A model generated the notes under the pieces. That model saw only the letters and a list, made by a program, of their open reading frames with translations, did no database searches and was not told where the DNA came from. The translations under genes were made by a program, and so were the position numbers. DNA of 64,000 bases from Octopus vulgaris (taxonomy: Eukaryota), in the NCBI GenBank assembly GCA_951406725.2, contig OX597821.1, positions 60,698,001-60,762,000 on the forward strand, given 5' to 3'. Of this stretch, positions 1 through 14,200 are shown piece by piece. The number at the start of each line of letters is the position of its first letter. Position 1 is the stretch's first letter.

Positions 1-319
1 ACGCTGCTGATGACAAAGAAGAGATAACTCGTTGTAGATGGTATACAATGGATTCAGAAGATGACTGACGATAAACTTGGTTGGGAAACATGCGACCAGG
101 CAATTATAAAGACAGAATTATGAAAAACCAGGAATATATGAGATAAAGAATCAGAGATAGGAGAATTATACGTAAAACACCTGGAAGACAGAAAATTTTT
201 AAATAAATTAGTAATATTGCAACAGATAAACAATAGAAGATAAGAAAATTATACCTAAAATCATGTTAACATTTATTTAAGAACGAATTCTTTAGAATGA
301 ATAAACCAGACAGAAAGCA

Positions 320-320
<1 letters not shown>

Positions 321-408
<88 letters not shown>

Positions 409-420
409 CATATATATATA

Positions 421-474
<54 letters not shown>

Positions 475-547
475 TAAAATATATATGTATATATATATAT
501 ACATATATATATGTATATATATACATATATATATATATATATGATAT

Positions 548-615
<68 letters not shown>

Positions 616-687
616 TATATAAATATATATATATATATGTAAATATAAATATATATATGTATATATATATATACATATATATATATG

Positions 688-720
<33 letters not shown>

Positions 721-743
721 GAATATAAATATATATATGTATA

Positions 744-807
<64 letters not shown>
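321..807. repeat. (TA)n compound microsatellite
   Basis: About 490 bp of near-pure TA with TG/CA variants; explains the YIYI ORFs. Confidence 0.97.
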
Positions 808-808
<1 letters not shown>

Positions 809-1125
809 ACAAGAAAAATGGTTAGGAGCAATATTGAAAAGGAATTAGATAAAATATTTAAATTGAGCTAAATACCTACACTAAGCTAAACAATAACATT
901 ACTCTGACTGTCCAGTATTATACTGTAGGCATAATATTCTCAGGTTGAATTTAAGTAAATAAGAAAGCCTACCTAAAACAAGGGAAATAATGACAGATTT
1001 TAAACGTATTACCCAGAAGCTAACACAGAATATTGTATTTGCCATGAAAAGATTAGAAGTCTATTGTAACTTATTTACTGCAGCGACAAAACATTTATAA
1101 ATCTTTTATTATCATTTATCTTTTA

Positions 1126-1560
1126 CAGTAATCCCTCGACTATCGCGAGTGTTACGTTCCAACCCCACCTCGCGATAGGTGAAAATCCGCGAAGTAGAAA
1201 CAGTACTGTACTGTATATTTAAAAAATTATTTTTATAATTTGTATATATTTCTTTTTGGGATTTAGTTTGCAAGAAGATTCTTTATGTGAGTTCGTGTGT
1301 TGAGAGTCAAGACTATTGAAAAGGTTGCAAGACGCAATGAAAATTTTAGGAAAATGAAAATAAGAAATAATTGGAAATTTTACCTGTGAGTGTGTTAAAT
1401 TACAAGGCACAAAAAGAAAATGACTCTCCCCAGATACAACAGAATATTGTATATATTTATTTTACTATAAATGCAAAAAAAAAAAACACCACGGAGGAGT
1501 CGTCGTTAACTTAGATAATAAACCGCGATAAGTGAACCACGATATGGCGAGGGATTACTG
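1126..1560. mobile_element. pogo/Tigger-like MITE
   Basis: TIRs CAGTAATCCCTCG (1126) and CGAGGGATTACTG (1560), TA on the left and CA (probably mutated TA) on the right, no ORF. Confidence 0.8.
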
Positions 1561-1564
1561 CAAT

Positions 1565-1745
1565 TATTTCAGTGCAGGCATGCTGGCTGCAGGCATGCTG
1601 GTGCGCCACCTTGAAGGCGTTTGTCAAACAAATCGATCTCACTATTTACCATTTAAAAAAAAAAACTCTGGTACTTATTTGTTGTGTCATTTACCGAACC
1701 GCTAAGTTACGGGAACACAACTAAACCAACAAGCATACACACACA

Positions 1746-1792
<47 letters not shown>

Positions 1793-1828
1793 CTGTACGA
1801 CAGACTTGCTCATAGTTTCCATCTACCG
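1565..1828 (-). mobile_element. SINE family B fragment with internal (CA)n
   Basis: Matches the reverse complement of 21110-21555 (ccgaaccgctaagttacggg, agtttccatctacc). Confidence 0.7.
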
Positions 1829-1829
1829 A

Positions 1830-2145
1830 GCCGGGGTCGACTTTGCCTTTCATCCTTTCGGGGTCGATTAAATAAGTACCAGTTACGCACTGGGGTCTAT
1901 ATAATCGACTTAATCCCTTTGCCTGTCCTTGTTTGTCCTCTATGTGTTTAGCCCCTTGTGGGTAGTAAAGAAATAGGTATTTCGTCTGCCGCTACGTTCT
2001 GAGTTCAAATTCCGCCGAGGTTAACTTTGCCTTTCATCCTTTCGGGGTCGATTAAATAATTACCAGTTACGCACTGTCTTTCCTTGTTTGTCCCCTCTAT
2101 GTTTAGCCCCTTGTGGGCAATAAAGAAATAAGAAATAAGAAATAG
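1830..2145 (+). mobile_element. SINE family A, two tandem partial copies
   Basis: gactttgcctttcatcctttcggggtcgattaaataagtaccagttacgcactg twice, tail aataaagaaataagaaataag. Confidence 0.85.
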
Positions 2146-2949
2146 AATGATAACATTATCGCACCTCACCCTCTTAAAACTGAACAGTGTTCAATTAGAA
2201 ACTTCACGACCGGTTCAAATAATATGTTCCGCTAACACTAAGGATCTCTGTGGTCAAACGCACGTCCTCAGTAAAAATTGCATCTCAAAGACTGGTCTTC
2301 TGCAGATTCACTAATACGCCTTCCATCAACAACTACTAATCCTTCACAAAACTCACTTAAGACATGCAATAAAATATTGTTGCTTCCATTTACAAGACCA
2401 TCCTAGACAGCATCCACAAAAGATTCAAATAACTCGACTTACAGACGTGAAATAGTTCACAAACATACTCTGACTTCTGGTCTACATATGTTCTGTGTCC
2501 TTTCGCTTCTTTTTTATCTCAACTATAATTCCTCCTGCTTCTGTGAGTTGGTTAGTCTCTCGCTGCACTTCGGTCATTTCCGATTCCCTCGTCCCACTTT
2601 CTGTCTGTCACCTATGTTACGTCCGCCAAAAGCTTTGTGCTAAGCTTTTTGCCCAGCCATTCGTTCTAGGCCGACGGACCTCTGGAAAGTTTTTCTGCTT
2701 CTACCGATCTGCAGTCGTTCAAGAAAAATGCTACCGACATTAATCTAGGCCTAGCTAAAAAAATATTCTAAGACGATGGTAAATATTTCCTATATAAGCA
2801 ATATTAATTATACAGGACAAGCCGATATGGGTGTAGAACAAAGTTAGCCCTATCACAGAAGCCCAAAACTTAAAGCTGAGACGTAAGAAGTTTTAATTAG
2901 ATTCCCCAAAAAACTTACAATAAAGGTCATAAAGACGCAAAACAGAAGC

Positions 2950-3490
2950 AGGAAAACACTATTGCCGAATATGTGCAGGTTGCAAAGACACCATCTATCA
3001 CATTGTAGTGGTCGGAAAAAGAAGAATTATATAAATAGCCATATCCTACAAAAGTGCATGTTTATATACTGTTTATATAAGGTTTATACACGTAACAAAG
3101 TTATTATATTCTGGCTGATGCCGATTCTGAAATATTGAGAGATAAAAACAAATATCGCCTAACCAAATTTCAGTTCCAACCAAGAATTAATAAAGATATC
3201 GGAGTGTAAAAACCTAGAAATAATGATAACGAATAATGATAAACTGCATATGAGGGGTTGAAAAGAGAAGCTATTCACATAGTTTTAGAATAAGTGAAGC
3301 AGACAAGTACATAAGCAAAACGCTAGGATTTAAATACAAATACAATATATAGAAAATAACCCTATAAGGCATTTTGCGTATCATATATTGAATAACTGCA
3401 ATACAATAGAAAGCCACAACACTGCACTTATCCAAGGCCCAAGGAGTTATTCGTGGTTGAGCTTAGAAAGCATAGCATACAATAGCGGAT
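2950..3490 (+). mobile_element. Highly decayed R4/Dong-like LINE 3' relic
   Basis: Remnant of the CCHC knuckle (RICAGCKDTIYHIV) at 2965-3010; ends at a (GAT)n tract. Confidence 0.4.
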
Positions 3491-3493
3491 ATA

Positions 3494-3506
3494 ATGACGA
3501 CGACAG

Positions 3507-3603
<97 letters not shown>

Positions 3604-3663
3604 AATCGTACTGATAAGAACGAATGGAAGCAGAAAAAAGAAGACAGGAAGCAAAAATATTAG

Positions 3664-3717
<54 letters not shown>

Positions 3718-3743
3718 CATTATTATTATCATCGCCATCATCA

Positions 3744-3780
<37 letters not shown>

Positions 3781-3836
3781 CATTATTATTATTATTATTA
3801 TCATTATTATTATCATTATTATTATTATTATTATTA

Positions 3837-3871
<35 letters not shown>

Positions 3872-3962
3872 ATTATTATTATTATTACTATTATTATTAT
3901 CATCATCATCATCACCATTGCTATTGTTGTTGTTGTTGTTATTGTTATTATTGTAGTTGTAG
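3494..3962. repeat. (GAT)n and (TTA)n/(TCA)n trinucleotide arrays
   Basis: Direct reading; explains the poly-D/M/I/N/H ORFs. Confidence 0.95.
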
Positions 3963-4777
3963 TTAAGAAGCAGAAATTGTAGTTTGAATGTTAAATATTT
4001 CCCTCTTGTAATAAGAATTCGTGTGTGACAGCGGGTCAGGGTAAAGGTGACGTGTGTTTTACGTGATGAAATCTGTAAGATTTTTCGGAGACATTCGGTT
4101 GCCGAATACAAACATGAAAACATCCAGACGGACAAGTACTGAAAGCTAACCAGTAGTAAATTGACGTAAAAGAAAGCAGTTATAAGGGAAGATGAGATTG
4201 TGAAGTGTCTACACAAGGAAATTAACTTGATAGAAATAAATTATATGTACATATAGCAAACAGAAACCAAATATTTAAATATATAAATATAATTTATGAT
4301 TGTATGTTCTGCCTTTGTCCCTCTGTTTCTCTCTTCCCCAATATATATCTATCTGTAAATATGCGTTCAAGCATACACACACATATATTTATGGCTGTAT
4401 GCAGATATATCTACATATGTATATTATATTTGGCATATATATGCACACGTATATAAAATATGGAGTAGCTGTGTGGTAAGTAGCTTGCTTACCTTACTAC
4501 TGAAGAGTTCGCGTTGCTTGTAAGTCACGTCTTTTGACGTGAAATATTGAACGTTTGAAGCTCGACTACAGGTAGGCGTTTGTTTTATTTTTGGGGGCTT
4601 AGTGGGGTTTGCTGGTCTGTATTTAATAATTTTTGTTGAGCAACAGTCTCCACTCTGCTCCAGACATTTGCCTGCCGTTTTTGCTACGGAATTATGGAAT
4701 ATTGAAACCATTTTTTCGTTTTCTGAAAACGCAATGTCTTGGACTTACGACACTTTTGCATAATAGTGTATATATAA

Positions 4778-4856
<79 letters not shown>

Positions 4857-5759
4857 CATATATACATATATATAAAACAGTAAAGATGGCCAGGAGCAAT
4901 TTAAAACCAAAAAGGAAATAATTCATCGTGACTAAAAGTGACTAAAGGGTGCAGTTAGTACCAGTATTGCTAGAAATAGCAGTCAAAGGGTCCTTAACCA
5001 TGAAAAGTCACATGTTTTGTTTGGACTGTGTCAACCCCCACATCTCCCCACCGTGAGCAAGCTGTATTAGATTAACTTACTCGTTAGTAATGCTTACTTC
5101 ATCACGGGCGGTGGATCTGAAATCTCGCCTGTCATCCTTATAAAAATTGTCACAGGAAACAGTCACTGATTTCACGAAGTGGTAATATGATAATTATAAA
5201 ATAACACACACACACACATGTATATAGGTGAGTAGATGTGCTTTGTGCTTGTGTTCGTCTCCCTTCACTCTTTGACAACCGGTAATATTTTGTCTACGCC
5301 TCTGTGTAAAGACACAGAGAAAGAAAATAGTGCAAACTGCAATAAATTTAGTCATATTAAAATATTGTATCCGTCGTTGAGTATACAAACCTCGTATCGA
5401 AGGGGACAGATAATTATGGCGATGCAACCAATTAAAATAGCGGTGGATGAAAGATGAATTGACTACTTTCAAAATGGAGGCTTTATGCAGAGATAGGCGA
5501 ATGGAGTGATTTATAAAGTGCAATATGTTTGGTGGAAGAGAGGTTGGAAAAACGTGCCAGAAGTATGCGAAATGGAATGAGATATAAGAATGATTATAAT
5601 AAAAAAAAATAGTTTGTTTATTAAATAAAAGAATAAATGTCAAATAAGTGTCAAAGATGAGAAGCAAATAATCTGGGATTGAAAGAAGGACTGAAATTAG
5701 CGAGTGAATCAATCAATAAAAAGTAGAAATTAATTACAGAGGTAAGAGGAACCAGACAA

Positions 5760-6110
5760 CTGTATCAATCCTAGTATCCAAACAAGCTTAACTGAACGAA
5801 CTTTTAAAAGTAAATACGCCCAGCATTCATATTCCTTTAGATACCTCAAAGAAAAGAAACAAACACTTCTTTTTACAACACGTTTGGTGACTAAAGGACA
5901 AACCTACGACCAACTATAAAATTCGATGCTCAACAGTAACATACGCCATACCATTTTCTGAATGACCGGGTCCGTGTCACTCATGCATTAACGAAAAATT
6001 CTTGATATTAAGATTTGCAATAAATGTATTAAGTCCATTACATTTAAGCAACGAACGGCTCTCTAAATATTGCCACAAAAACGAATTAATTCTTAGAAAT
6101 CTTTTTATTA
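5760..6110 (+). pseudogene. Penelope-like element GIY-YIG endonuclease C-terminal relic
   Basis: Decayed frames TERTFKSKYAQHSYSFR, HVW*LKD, CHSCINEKFLIL and CHKN match the PLE pattern FKxRYxxHxxSF...IWxLK...CxLCxxEK...CRHK. Confidence 0.65.
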
Positions 6111-6263
6111 CAGGCAGATTATGCCGTAAATTCCATTAAACTTTGTCGATATTTTTGGAATTGTCATGAAAATCTTTCTTTCCTTTTAGAAAACACAGAT
6201 TCTATGTCGCATCGTCTCTCTCCCCCTCACTCTCTCACATGCAAACATACACATACACACACA

Positions 6264-6352
<89 letters not shown>

Positions 6353-6432
6353 GTCTGTAAGGTTTATTAAACTCTTACAAGTAGCGGGTCAGTGACTTCA
6401 GAAGTTTTGATCAGCTACCGTAGGTGTAAAAG

Positions 6433-6475
<43 letters not shown>

Positions 6476-6686
6476 GATACATACACTCACAAATACCCAA
6501 ACTAATTTCTAAGAGAACTTAGATTTTATATTCATATGATATTTTTTATCTCTTTGTTTCTTATTTGTCTGTTTTGAAACCATACCTAATTATCATATAT
6601 ATTCGAAGGTAAAACTTAAATGAGTCATTAGTCCAACGAATGTTGACTCTGTCCAGATCAATGTTTTAAAATCTAACCTGTTTAAC

Positions 6687-6783
6687 ATTTTGCCTGATGA
6701 CAGTGGATTATATATTATGATTATATATTATAATAGTAGAATACATACGATTATAGAATTCTACCGAAACAGCTGTCGTAAAT
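6687..6783 (+). ncRNA. Type I hammerhead ribozyme motif (PLE-associated)
   Basis: CTGATGA 6694-6700, GAAAC-AGCT-GTC 6766-6777, stem I tttgc/gtaaa. Confidence 0.65.
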
Positions 6784-7249
6784 TTTAAACACTATTTGTG
6801 ATTACTCCTTATATCTTCGCCACTCTAACAAGTCATCCTCCAGTCGGATTTATGGTTTAAATTGGATTTGATACTTGCATAACTATGGCATCCGAATATT
6901 TTACGCAATCAATGTTTTTAATTTCAATGAGAGCTCAATGTTATCGTACCTAGCCATTTCTGGCGTTCTACTAGTTGGTGTGCCTAGATTCTAACGAACC
7001 CACACAATAAAATCATATAACCCCGCCTCTCCTTACACTATTCTCTATTACTGCCACTACAACCACCCCACTGCTACCTTATTCAAATGTCACATTTATT
7101 TAATTATTTACCTTTATATTTGGATGACAGAATTTTTACAAGCTTCTAAAAGTGAAATGATTTGAAAAGCGGTGACGCGAAACTTAGGAAAAACAACTGC
7201 TGCAAACCCACTACCGCTGTTATTATTATATTAAATTCAAACTTATTGA

Positions 7250-7294
<45 letters not shown>

Positions 7295-8128
7295 CGATTG
7301 TGTGTGTGTGTGTATGCACACACACGTACAACAGGATACTGCAGTTATGCTCGTGCACATATATGTACACGCTTATTTGTATATGTATGTGTATACATGT
7401 ACACACACACACACACATATCTAAATCTATTAATCTCTATATCTCTTTTTCCTGCTCTCTCTCTTTCTTCACATACACACACACACACACATACACACAC
7501 ATATGTATATATATATATATGCGTGCATGTGTGTGTGTGGGGTCTATGTTTGTGTAGAGTGAAGTGTGCTCTTAGTGTAGATGTATTTAAACATGGTAAC
7601 ATAAAATATAGAGATAAAGAAACAGAATGAAAGATAGACAGAGAGAGAAAAAGAGAGAGTGAAAGAGAAGGTAATAGTATTAGCAAGAATAGAAAATGAT
7701 GGCAGAGAGAGGGAGGGATGTGTTTATTTTTCGATGTCTGAATTCACTCCAAAATAAGATGGAAAGTAGGAAAAAAAAGAAGCAAAAGACACACAAAAAA
7801 ACACACCCTACTTTAAAAAAAACACAAAAAACCCACTTTTAGTTTAAATGATTGTGTGTTAATTCATGTGTGTAAATATGGAAATGTATAGGTGTCTGCT
7901 GTGTAAGTAATGCGTGTGTTAATGCGTAGGTGATATATAAGTATATTAGTGTGTGTCAGTTTATGGTTTTTATGTGTAATATATATGTGGTGAGCGTGTT
8001 TTGTATGCTATATTTTATATATTGTGTGCATGTGTTGTTATGTGTGACGCACATGTGTGTGTGTGTGTGATATGTGGTTGTGAGGAGTGTATGAGTAATC
8101 GAGATGAGCAAAATGTGTTGGAGAACCA

Positions 8129-8201
<73 letters not shown>

Positions 8202-8204
8202 GTG

Positions 8205-8298
<94 letters not shown>

Positions 8299-8536
8299 CG
8301 TATGTATAAATGTGTGTATATAGTAGTATATGTGTTTTATGTTTAAATTTTCTATTCGTCAGAATTTGTGATGTGTGCGTGTTTACGCGCGTGTATGTGT
8401 ATGTATGTGTCTGCGCGTTTAATTTTATGTTTAATACATTTGCAACTACTATATGCGTATGATGTATGCGTGATATATGTATATAATACGTACAATACAT
8501 ACGTGACTTATGGGTAATACGAATTGTATGCTGGAT

Positions 8537-8634
<98 letters not shown>

Positions 8635-8968
8635 CATTAATGATTGTTATATATGAGGAAGATGGTGTGACTTATGTGTGGGTTTTATACGTATTATGTG
8701 TGTCACGTGTATTTTGTGGATGTGGAGAGAGAAAGAGAGAGAGAAAGGGAGAGAGAGACTGTGTGTGTGTTATGGTTAATATAACAGTAGGTACAATATA
8801 TATGAACTATGAGTCTGATGGGTGCGATATATGCGCGTATGTGTTTAGCTGTGTGTTTAAATGTGTTGCATGTGTGTTTGTGATGTATGCGCAACGCTTC
8901 AGTAAATTGTATTTAATGCGTTATGTGTGTATGTATGTCTGGCTATATGAGATATATGTGTGACATTT

Positions 8969-9024
<56 letters not shown>

Positions 9025-9902
9025 TGCATATGATGTATGTGCGATTATATTTTATGCCATGTGTATGATGTATGTGTCATGTGTCAGTAAAGAAAGGTTG
9101 AGCAGAAATTAATTCTAGAGTTTAGTGTAAGGTTTTGACGTCAACAACGATCGATCGATGTAAAAGTCAACTTCTGAACATTTTAAACATTTGCATCACA
9201 ATTCTTCTCACTTAAGATAACATCTTTTGTGACACTGTTGTGCGTTTGAACGGTGATATATCTCTATTTCCTTCTTTACTTACCAGCGTAACTTTAATAA
9301 TGGCTGTCAACTGCTCCTCATTGTCATGATTCTACTGATAAACGTTAATAACTAATAGAATGATTAATGAACACACTAAACAATTACCAGGTTATATCAA
9401 TTTCCTCTCTTTTGGTGTTCATTTAATAAAGAAATGAACTAGATTTATGAGGTCGCTGATACAGCTTGACTACAAGAAATTTATATGAAAGTGGCCATTT
9501 TTATTTGGATGTAGTAATACACGTAAATTATAATCATGTTAAGCCATGTCTTAAAGAATTTAATAAACTTACAGTTTGCATAATATAAGACTTTATTTAA
9601 TATTAATGCGTTCGAACTTTGTCCAAAGAAGGCCTTGCAGCCGAAGTTAGTTATTTCGTCTGAGGTTCATTACCACTGCATAACTTGTCGATCCAGGAGG
9701 GATGAAAACCGAAGTCGACACCGGCAGGATTCGAACTGGCAAAATTCCATGGTTATTTAATCAGGTACCTTACAATTTCTGCTACTCCTCCACCCTCAAA
9801 AGACTACACATCCAATAATTTCTCTTCCCATAGTGTTTATCCATTAATCTCGGATTAAAATTACTGTTAGATTTTATCTAGAACAGCTGCAACAACGCAT
9901 AT

Positions 9903-9979
<77 letters not shown>

Positions 9980-9980
<1 letters not shown>

Positions 9981-10590
9981 TAGCAGATAAGCCTGGTTTC
10001 CTCCGGTCGGTTTGGATGATGTAGCTGTAAAACCTACTCTGTGTTGGAGCATTCAACTTGTTTGGACACGCTTACGTTAAAAAACAATTTTAGAATGACT
10101 TTTTTTTGTCAAAATGCTAAAAATAACTGACCAACAAAAAAAAAAAGACAAGCCAAAATTCAACCAAATCAAAAAATAAACCAAAATACTAAGCGAACAA
10201 AGATGAACCATCCCACTTCCATTGCGTGCGCAAACACACACATTCGCATACCCCTCTTCTACAACATACACATATATTCACACAGAGTTGAAACGCTGTT
10301 TGATATATTTTTTCAGCGTACAATTCTCATAATCCCACTACCAAGTATGACATCACCCCTTCCTTCTTTATTCATCTATCACCTCTTCCTTTCTCATTCA
10401 TAAACAAAAGAGTATTATTATAGTAGATTATCTCGGTAACCATGGGAGCTATGAAAAAATACAAAACCCAGCAACTCCACGGGATCATTCTACACATCGA
10501 CGTAATTTTTCACGCAATTCCACTCAGCCGTTTGACTGTGAATCCCAAGACAAGAAAGAATCGCCCATATCAAATTGATATATATATATA
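9980..10590 (-). mobile_element. Non-autonomous Helitron-like element
   Basis: Minus-strand 3' end: imperfect GC hairpin (ccggaggaaaccagg) then CTAG|T at 9980-9983, next to (TA)n; the 5' boundary is approximate. Confidence 0.55.
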
Positions 10591-11821
10591 TATTATTAAG
10601 AGAAATATACAAAAAATGGATAAAATAGCTTAATGATAATGAGAACCCCCTCTAAATAGCGGTTGGCTTTATATTGAAGTGCAACGGCTTGTTTAGGTGT
10701 TTGCGACTTGGATATGTAAATTAACAACAAGGAGATATTTTCCAGTGCTGGTGTCATCTTAGGACCTACCGTTCTGAGATATTGAGGCAGCCATTACATA
10801 ATCCTTTAGCCTAGTAGAATTAGTAAACAAATCGCTCTCAAATCCAAACCTATCATCTTAAAAATAGAGGACACACATATACACACTTATATACGACAGG
10901 CTTCTATACAGTTTCCGTCTACCAAATTGACTCACAAAGTATTAGTCTGCGTGAAACTATAGCAGAAGATATTTGTCCAAGGTGCCTTGCAGTGGAACTG
11001 AATCCAAAACCATGTGAATACAATGTGAACGTCTCAATCACAGAATCACATCTGCATCTATGGTTATTTTTCATAGCCAACTTCTTAATTTACTTACTTA
11101 ACTAATAATGCACAACCATCTAAACCAAATTGTTCTTAAGGGCACTGTAAATTTATGGAAGAATTTGCAACATTTTCTGCGGTTATTCAATTATTTACTA
11201 AATTTTATGAAATTTAAAATAAATACGATGACCTCACTTCGGGAGATAGTTGACTGGTTCAATATTTTGGCATCAAATAGATTTTCTGGAACGACCTCGC
11301 AGCTGTTCACGAACGTCATTTAGAATGACTTGCAAAAATAGAAAAAAAGGTAAAAAAAAAAAAAAAAGAAAAAGAGAAAATCAATATTATCTTGTGTATG
11401 GCTTTTGGCAAAAAGTCAGAAATTCTGCAACTGTTCGATTAAATAAAACCCGCTCGTGCATGGTTGGCATGGTGATAACAAAAGTAGGAAAAATTGTGGT
11501 CTTTGAAGATGATAATGATGCTAATATTCAACATATAGATATTGATAATACATCTATGAAATACGATGTAAATGAAGTTGATAATGTCGATAAGTGTGAT
11601 AGTGTTGATAATGATGATGAAGGTGATGATGGCAATATTGATATTGATGATGATAATGGTGGTGGTAAGAGACGAAGAAAGTGCGGAAAAATCACGTCTA
11701 TCTTTACTGTTTGATTGTCACAGTTATTACAGGAATTGTCTCTGGGACATCTTGATTGGCTCATGCGTACAATCAAAGGCGCTCCAGATTAGGCCATCCT
11801 AGCGTTTTGTATATTCTATGA

Positions 11822-11962
11822 GTATTAGGTGCACGCATGACACCTGGTTTCGAGTCTAGTCACTCTGTGCCACAGTACTTGGGCAAGTGTCTTCTACTAC
11901 GGCCTCGGGTCGACCAATAGCTTGTGTGCGAATTTCGCTGACAGAAACTGCATGGAAGCCCG

Positions 11963-12003
<41 letters not shown>

Positions 12004-12250
12004 TGTGTGTGTACGTGTGTGCCTTAGTATTTAAGCTTGTCCTCCACTACTGCTTGACAACCGGTCTTCATTTGTTTACGCTCCCCGTAACTTAGCGGTC
12101 TGGCAAAAAACAAAAAAAAAAGAAGCATAAAACAACAAAATAAGTACCGGGCTTAAAAGGATATAAGTACTGTGTCAATTTGTTCGACTAAACTTTTCAA
12201 GACGGTGCCCCAGCATGGCCGCTGTCCAATGATTGAAACAATTAAAAAAT
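11822..12250 (+). mobile_element. SINE family B copy (diverged)
   Basis: cttgggcaagtgtcttctact...gaagcccgtcgta-(CA)n-...ccccgtaacttagcgg...cagcatggccg. Confidence 0.8.
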
Positions 12251-12367
12251 AAAATATATGTATACCCTTATAAATACTGTTTGATTTGAGGGAATAGGGT
12301 TTCTATTTGTAGCAGGTCAGGGGCAAGCATCTGTTGTTAATACAGTTCTATATTTAAGAGATGAGGA

Positions 12368-12549
12368 ATTATTTACATTATTTACATTTGACGGATATTT
12401 GTCCTCATCTTGTTTGTTGTAAACACAACGTTTCGGCTGATATACCCTCCAGCCTTCATCAGGTGTCTTGAGGAAATTTTGAACCTGGGTTCTCATTCCT
12501 AAGGTATTTTTCGATGTTGCTGTTGTTGTTGTTATTATTATTATTATTA

Positions 12550-12614
<65 letters not shown>

Positions 12615-12862
12615 GAACTCGGAATCTTGGGGTTAGTAGCTCTTAACCACTACGCCATATTCCCGTGGGCAATTATGGAATGAATTTTAGGGCTTATAAA
12701 TCTAATATTATCCTATCTTTCCTTAATACTGGTTCCCATATGCTATTCACATCTGCACCCGAAGAAGGCGGGAGGGTATATCAGCCGAAACGTTGTGTTA
12801 ACAACAAACAAGATGAGGACAAATATCTGTCAAATGTTAACAATATAAATAATGTAAATAAT
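12368..12862. mobile_element. Fold-back HHR cassette (arms 12368-12465 and 12756-12862)
   Basis: About 100-bp inverted repeat; each arm carries a hammerhead motif. Confidence 0.8.
12422..12467 (-). ncRNA. Minimal hammerhead ribozyme motif
   Basis: Minus strand gacac CTGATGA a ggctg gagggtatat cagcc GAAACGTT gtgtt; perfect stem II, stem I gacac/gtgtt, palindromic AACGTT. Confidence 0.8.
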
Positions 12863-13439
12863 GTTGTTGTTAAAGTTATCGATATTATTGTTGCTAATGT
12901 TGCAGCCACTGCTGCGGTTTTTACTGTTGCAGTTTTGGTTGGTGTTGTTGTTGTTTGGTGATGTTGCCGTTTCTATTGTTGTTGTTGTTTGATGATGTTG
13001 CCGTTATTGTTGTTGTTGATGCTGCAGCTGCTGCTGCCGCTGTTGTTGTTGTTGTTGTTGCAGCTTTGGTCGTTGTTGTTGTTACTGCTGTTGTTGTTGT
13101 AGCTGATGTTGCCGTTCCTGTTGCTGTTGTTGTTATTGTTGTTGTTGTTGATAATGATGATGGTGTTGTTGACGTCGTTATTGTTGTTGTTCATGTTGCA
13201 GCCGCTGTTGTTGTTGTTACTGGTGTTGTTGTTGTTGTTGATGTTACAGCCGCTGCTGCTGTTGTTGTTATTGTTGTTGTTGTTGTTGTTGATGATGATG
13301 ATGTTGTTGCTATTGACAGCGCTGATGGTTTCTCGTTGTTCTCATTATTGCATGCCTCTGGTCTTCGCTCATGTCTCAGTGTTTACATCAGTACTGAAAC
13401 GTACACGCACCAACCCAAACACACACACACACATACACA

Positions 13440-13494
<55 letters not shown>

Positions 13495-13519
13495 TTATTT
13501 ATGTATTGGGTAGTTGGTG

Positions 13520-13573
<54 letters not shown>

Positions 13574-14200
13574 AACGGCCAGCTGAGGAATTGGCGATTC
13601 ATGTCCAATTATCGATATGGGAATGTGACAAGATCAAGAGACGCAGATTTCATAGCAGCAGTCTACCTAGTAATAATTAATTAGGTATCATTATGATGAA
13701 TGCTTGAATGGATCACTGCCTCCTCTTCCTCCTCCTCCTCCTCCTCCTCCTCCTCCTCCTCCTCCTCATCATCATCATCATCATCATCATCGTCATCATC
13801 ACCGTGATTGTGATCGATGCCATGGTCTCAGTCGTCGTCGGCGTTGTCGTCGTCGTAGTCATCATCATCATCATCCTCATCATTATCGTCACAGCCACCG
13901 CCGCTCCAATCACCTCTGCCACCGTCTCCGCCACCGCCTCTGCCACCACCGCCATCAATACCGCAGTCGCCTCTAACGCCACCACCGACTCAACCGCCAC
14001 CACCGCCTCTACCACCATCACCGCTGCCACCACCACCGCCTCCACTTCTGTCGCCGTCGCAACCGCTGCCGTAGCCGCCACCATTGCCCCTGTCGTCTCT
14101 ACTGACTCCGCCATTGTCACCGTCGCTTTCACCGCCTCTTCTATCACCATTTCCACCATCATCTCTACTGCTGCAACCGCTGCCGTCGTCGGCCACCAGA
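12863..14200. repeat. Degenerate (GTT/GCT)n, (CA)n, (GA)n, (CCT)n, (CAT)n and (CCA/CCG)n low-complexity block
   Basis: Direct reading; source of the poly-V/A/T/P/H ORFs. Confidence 0.9.

Noticed and set aside
266-831. Long YIYI, THTH, LSIY, poly-I/N/D/S ORFs here and throughout the window
   Set aside because: Translations of stop-free microsatellites, not genes
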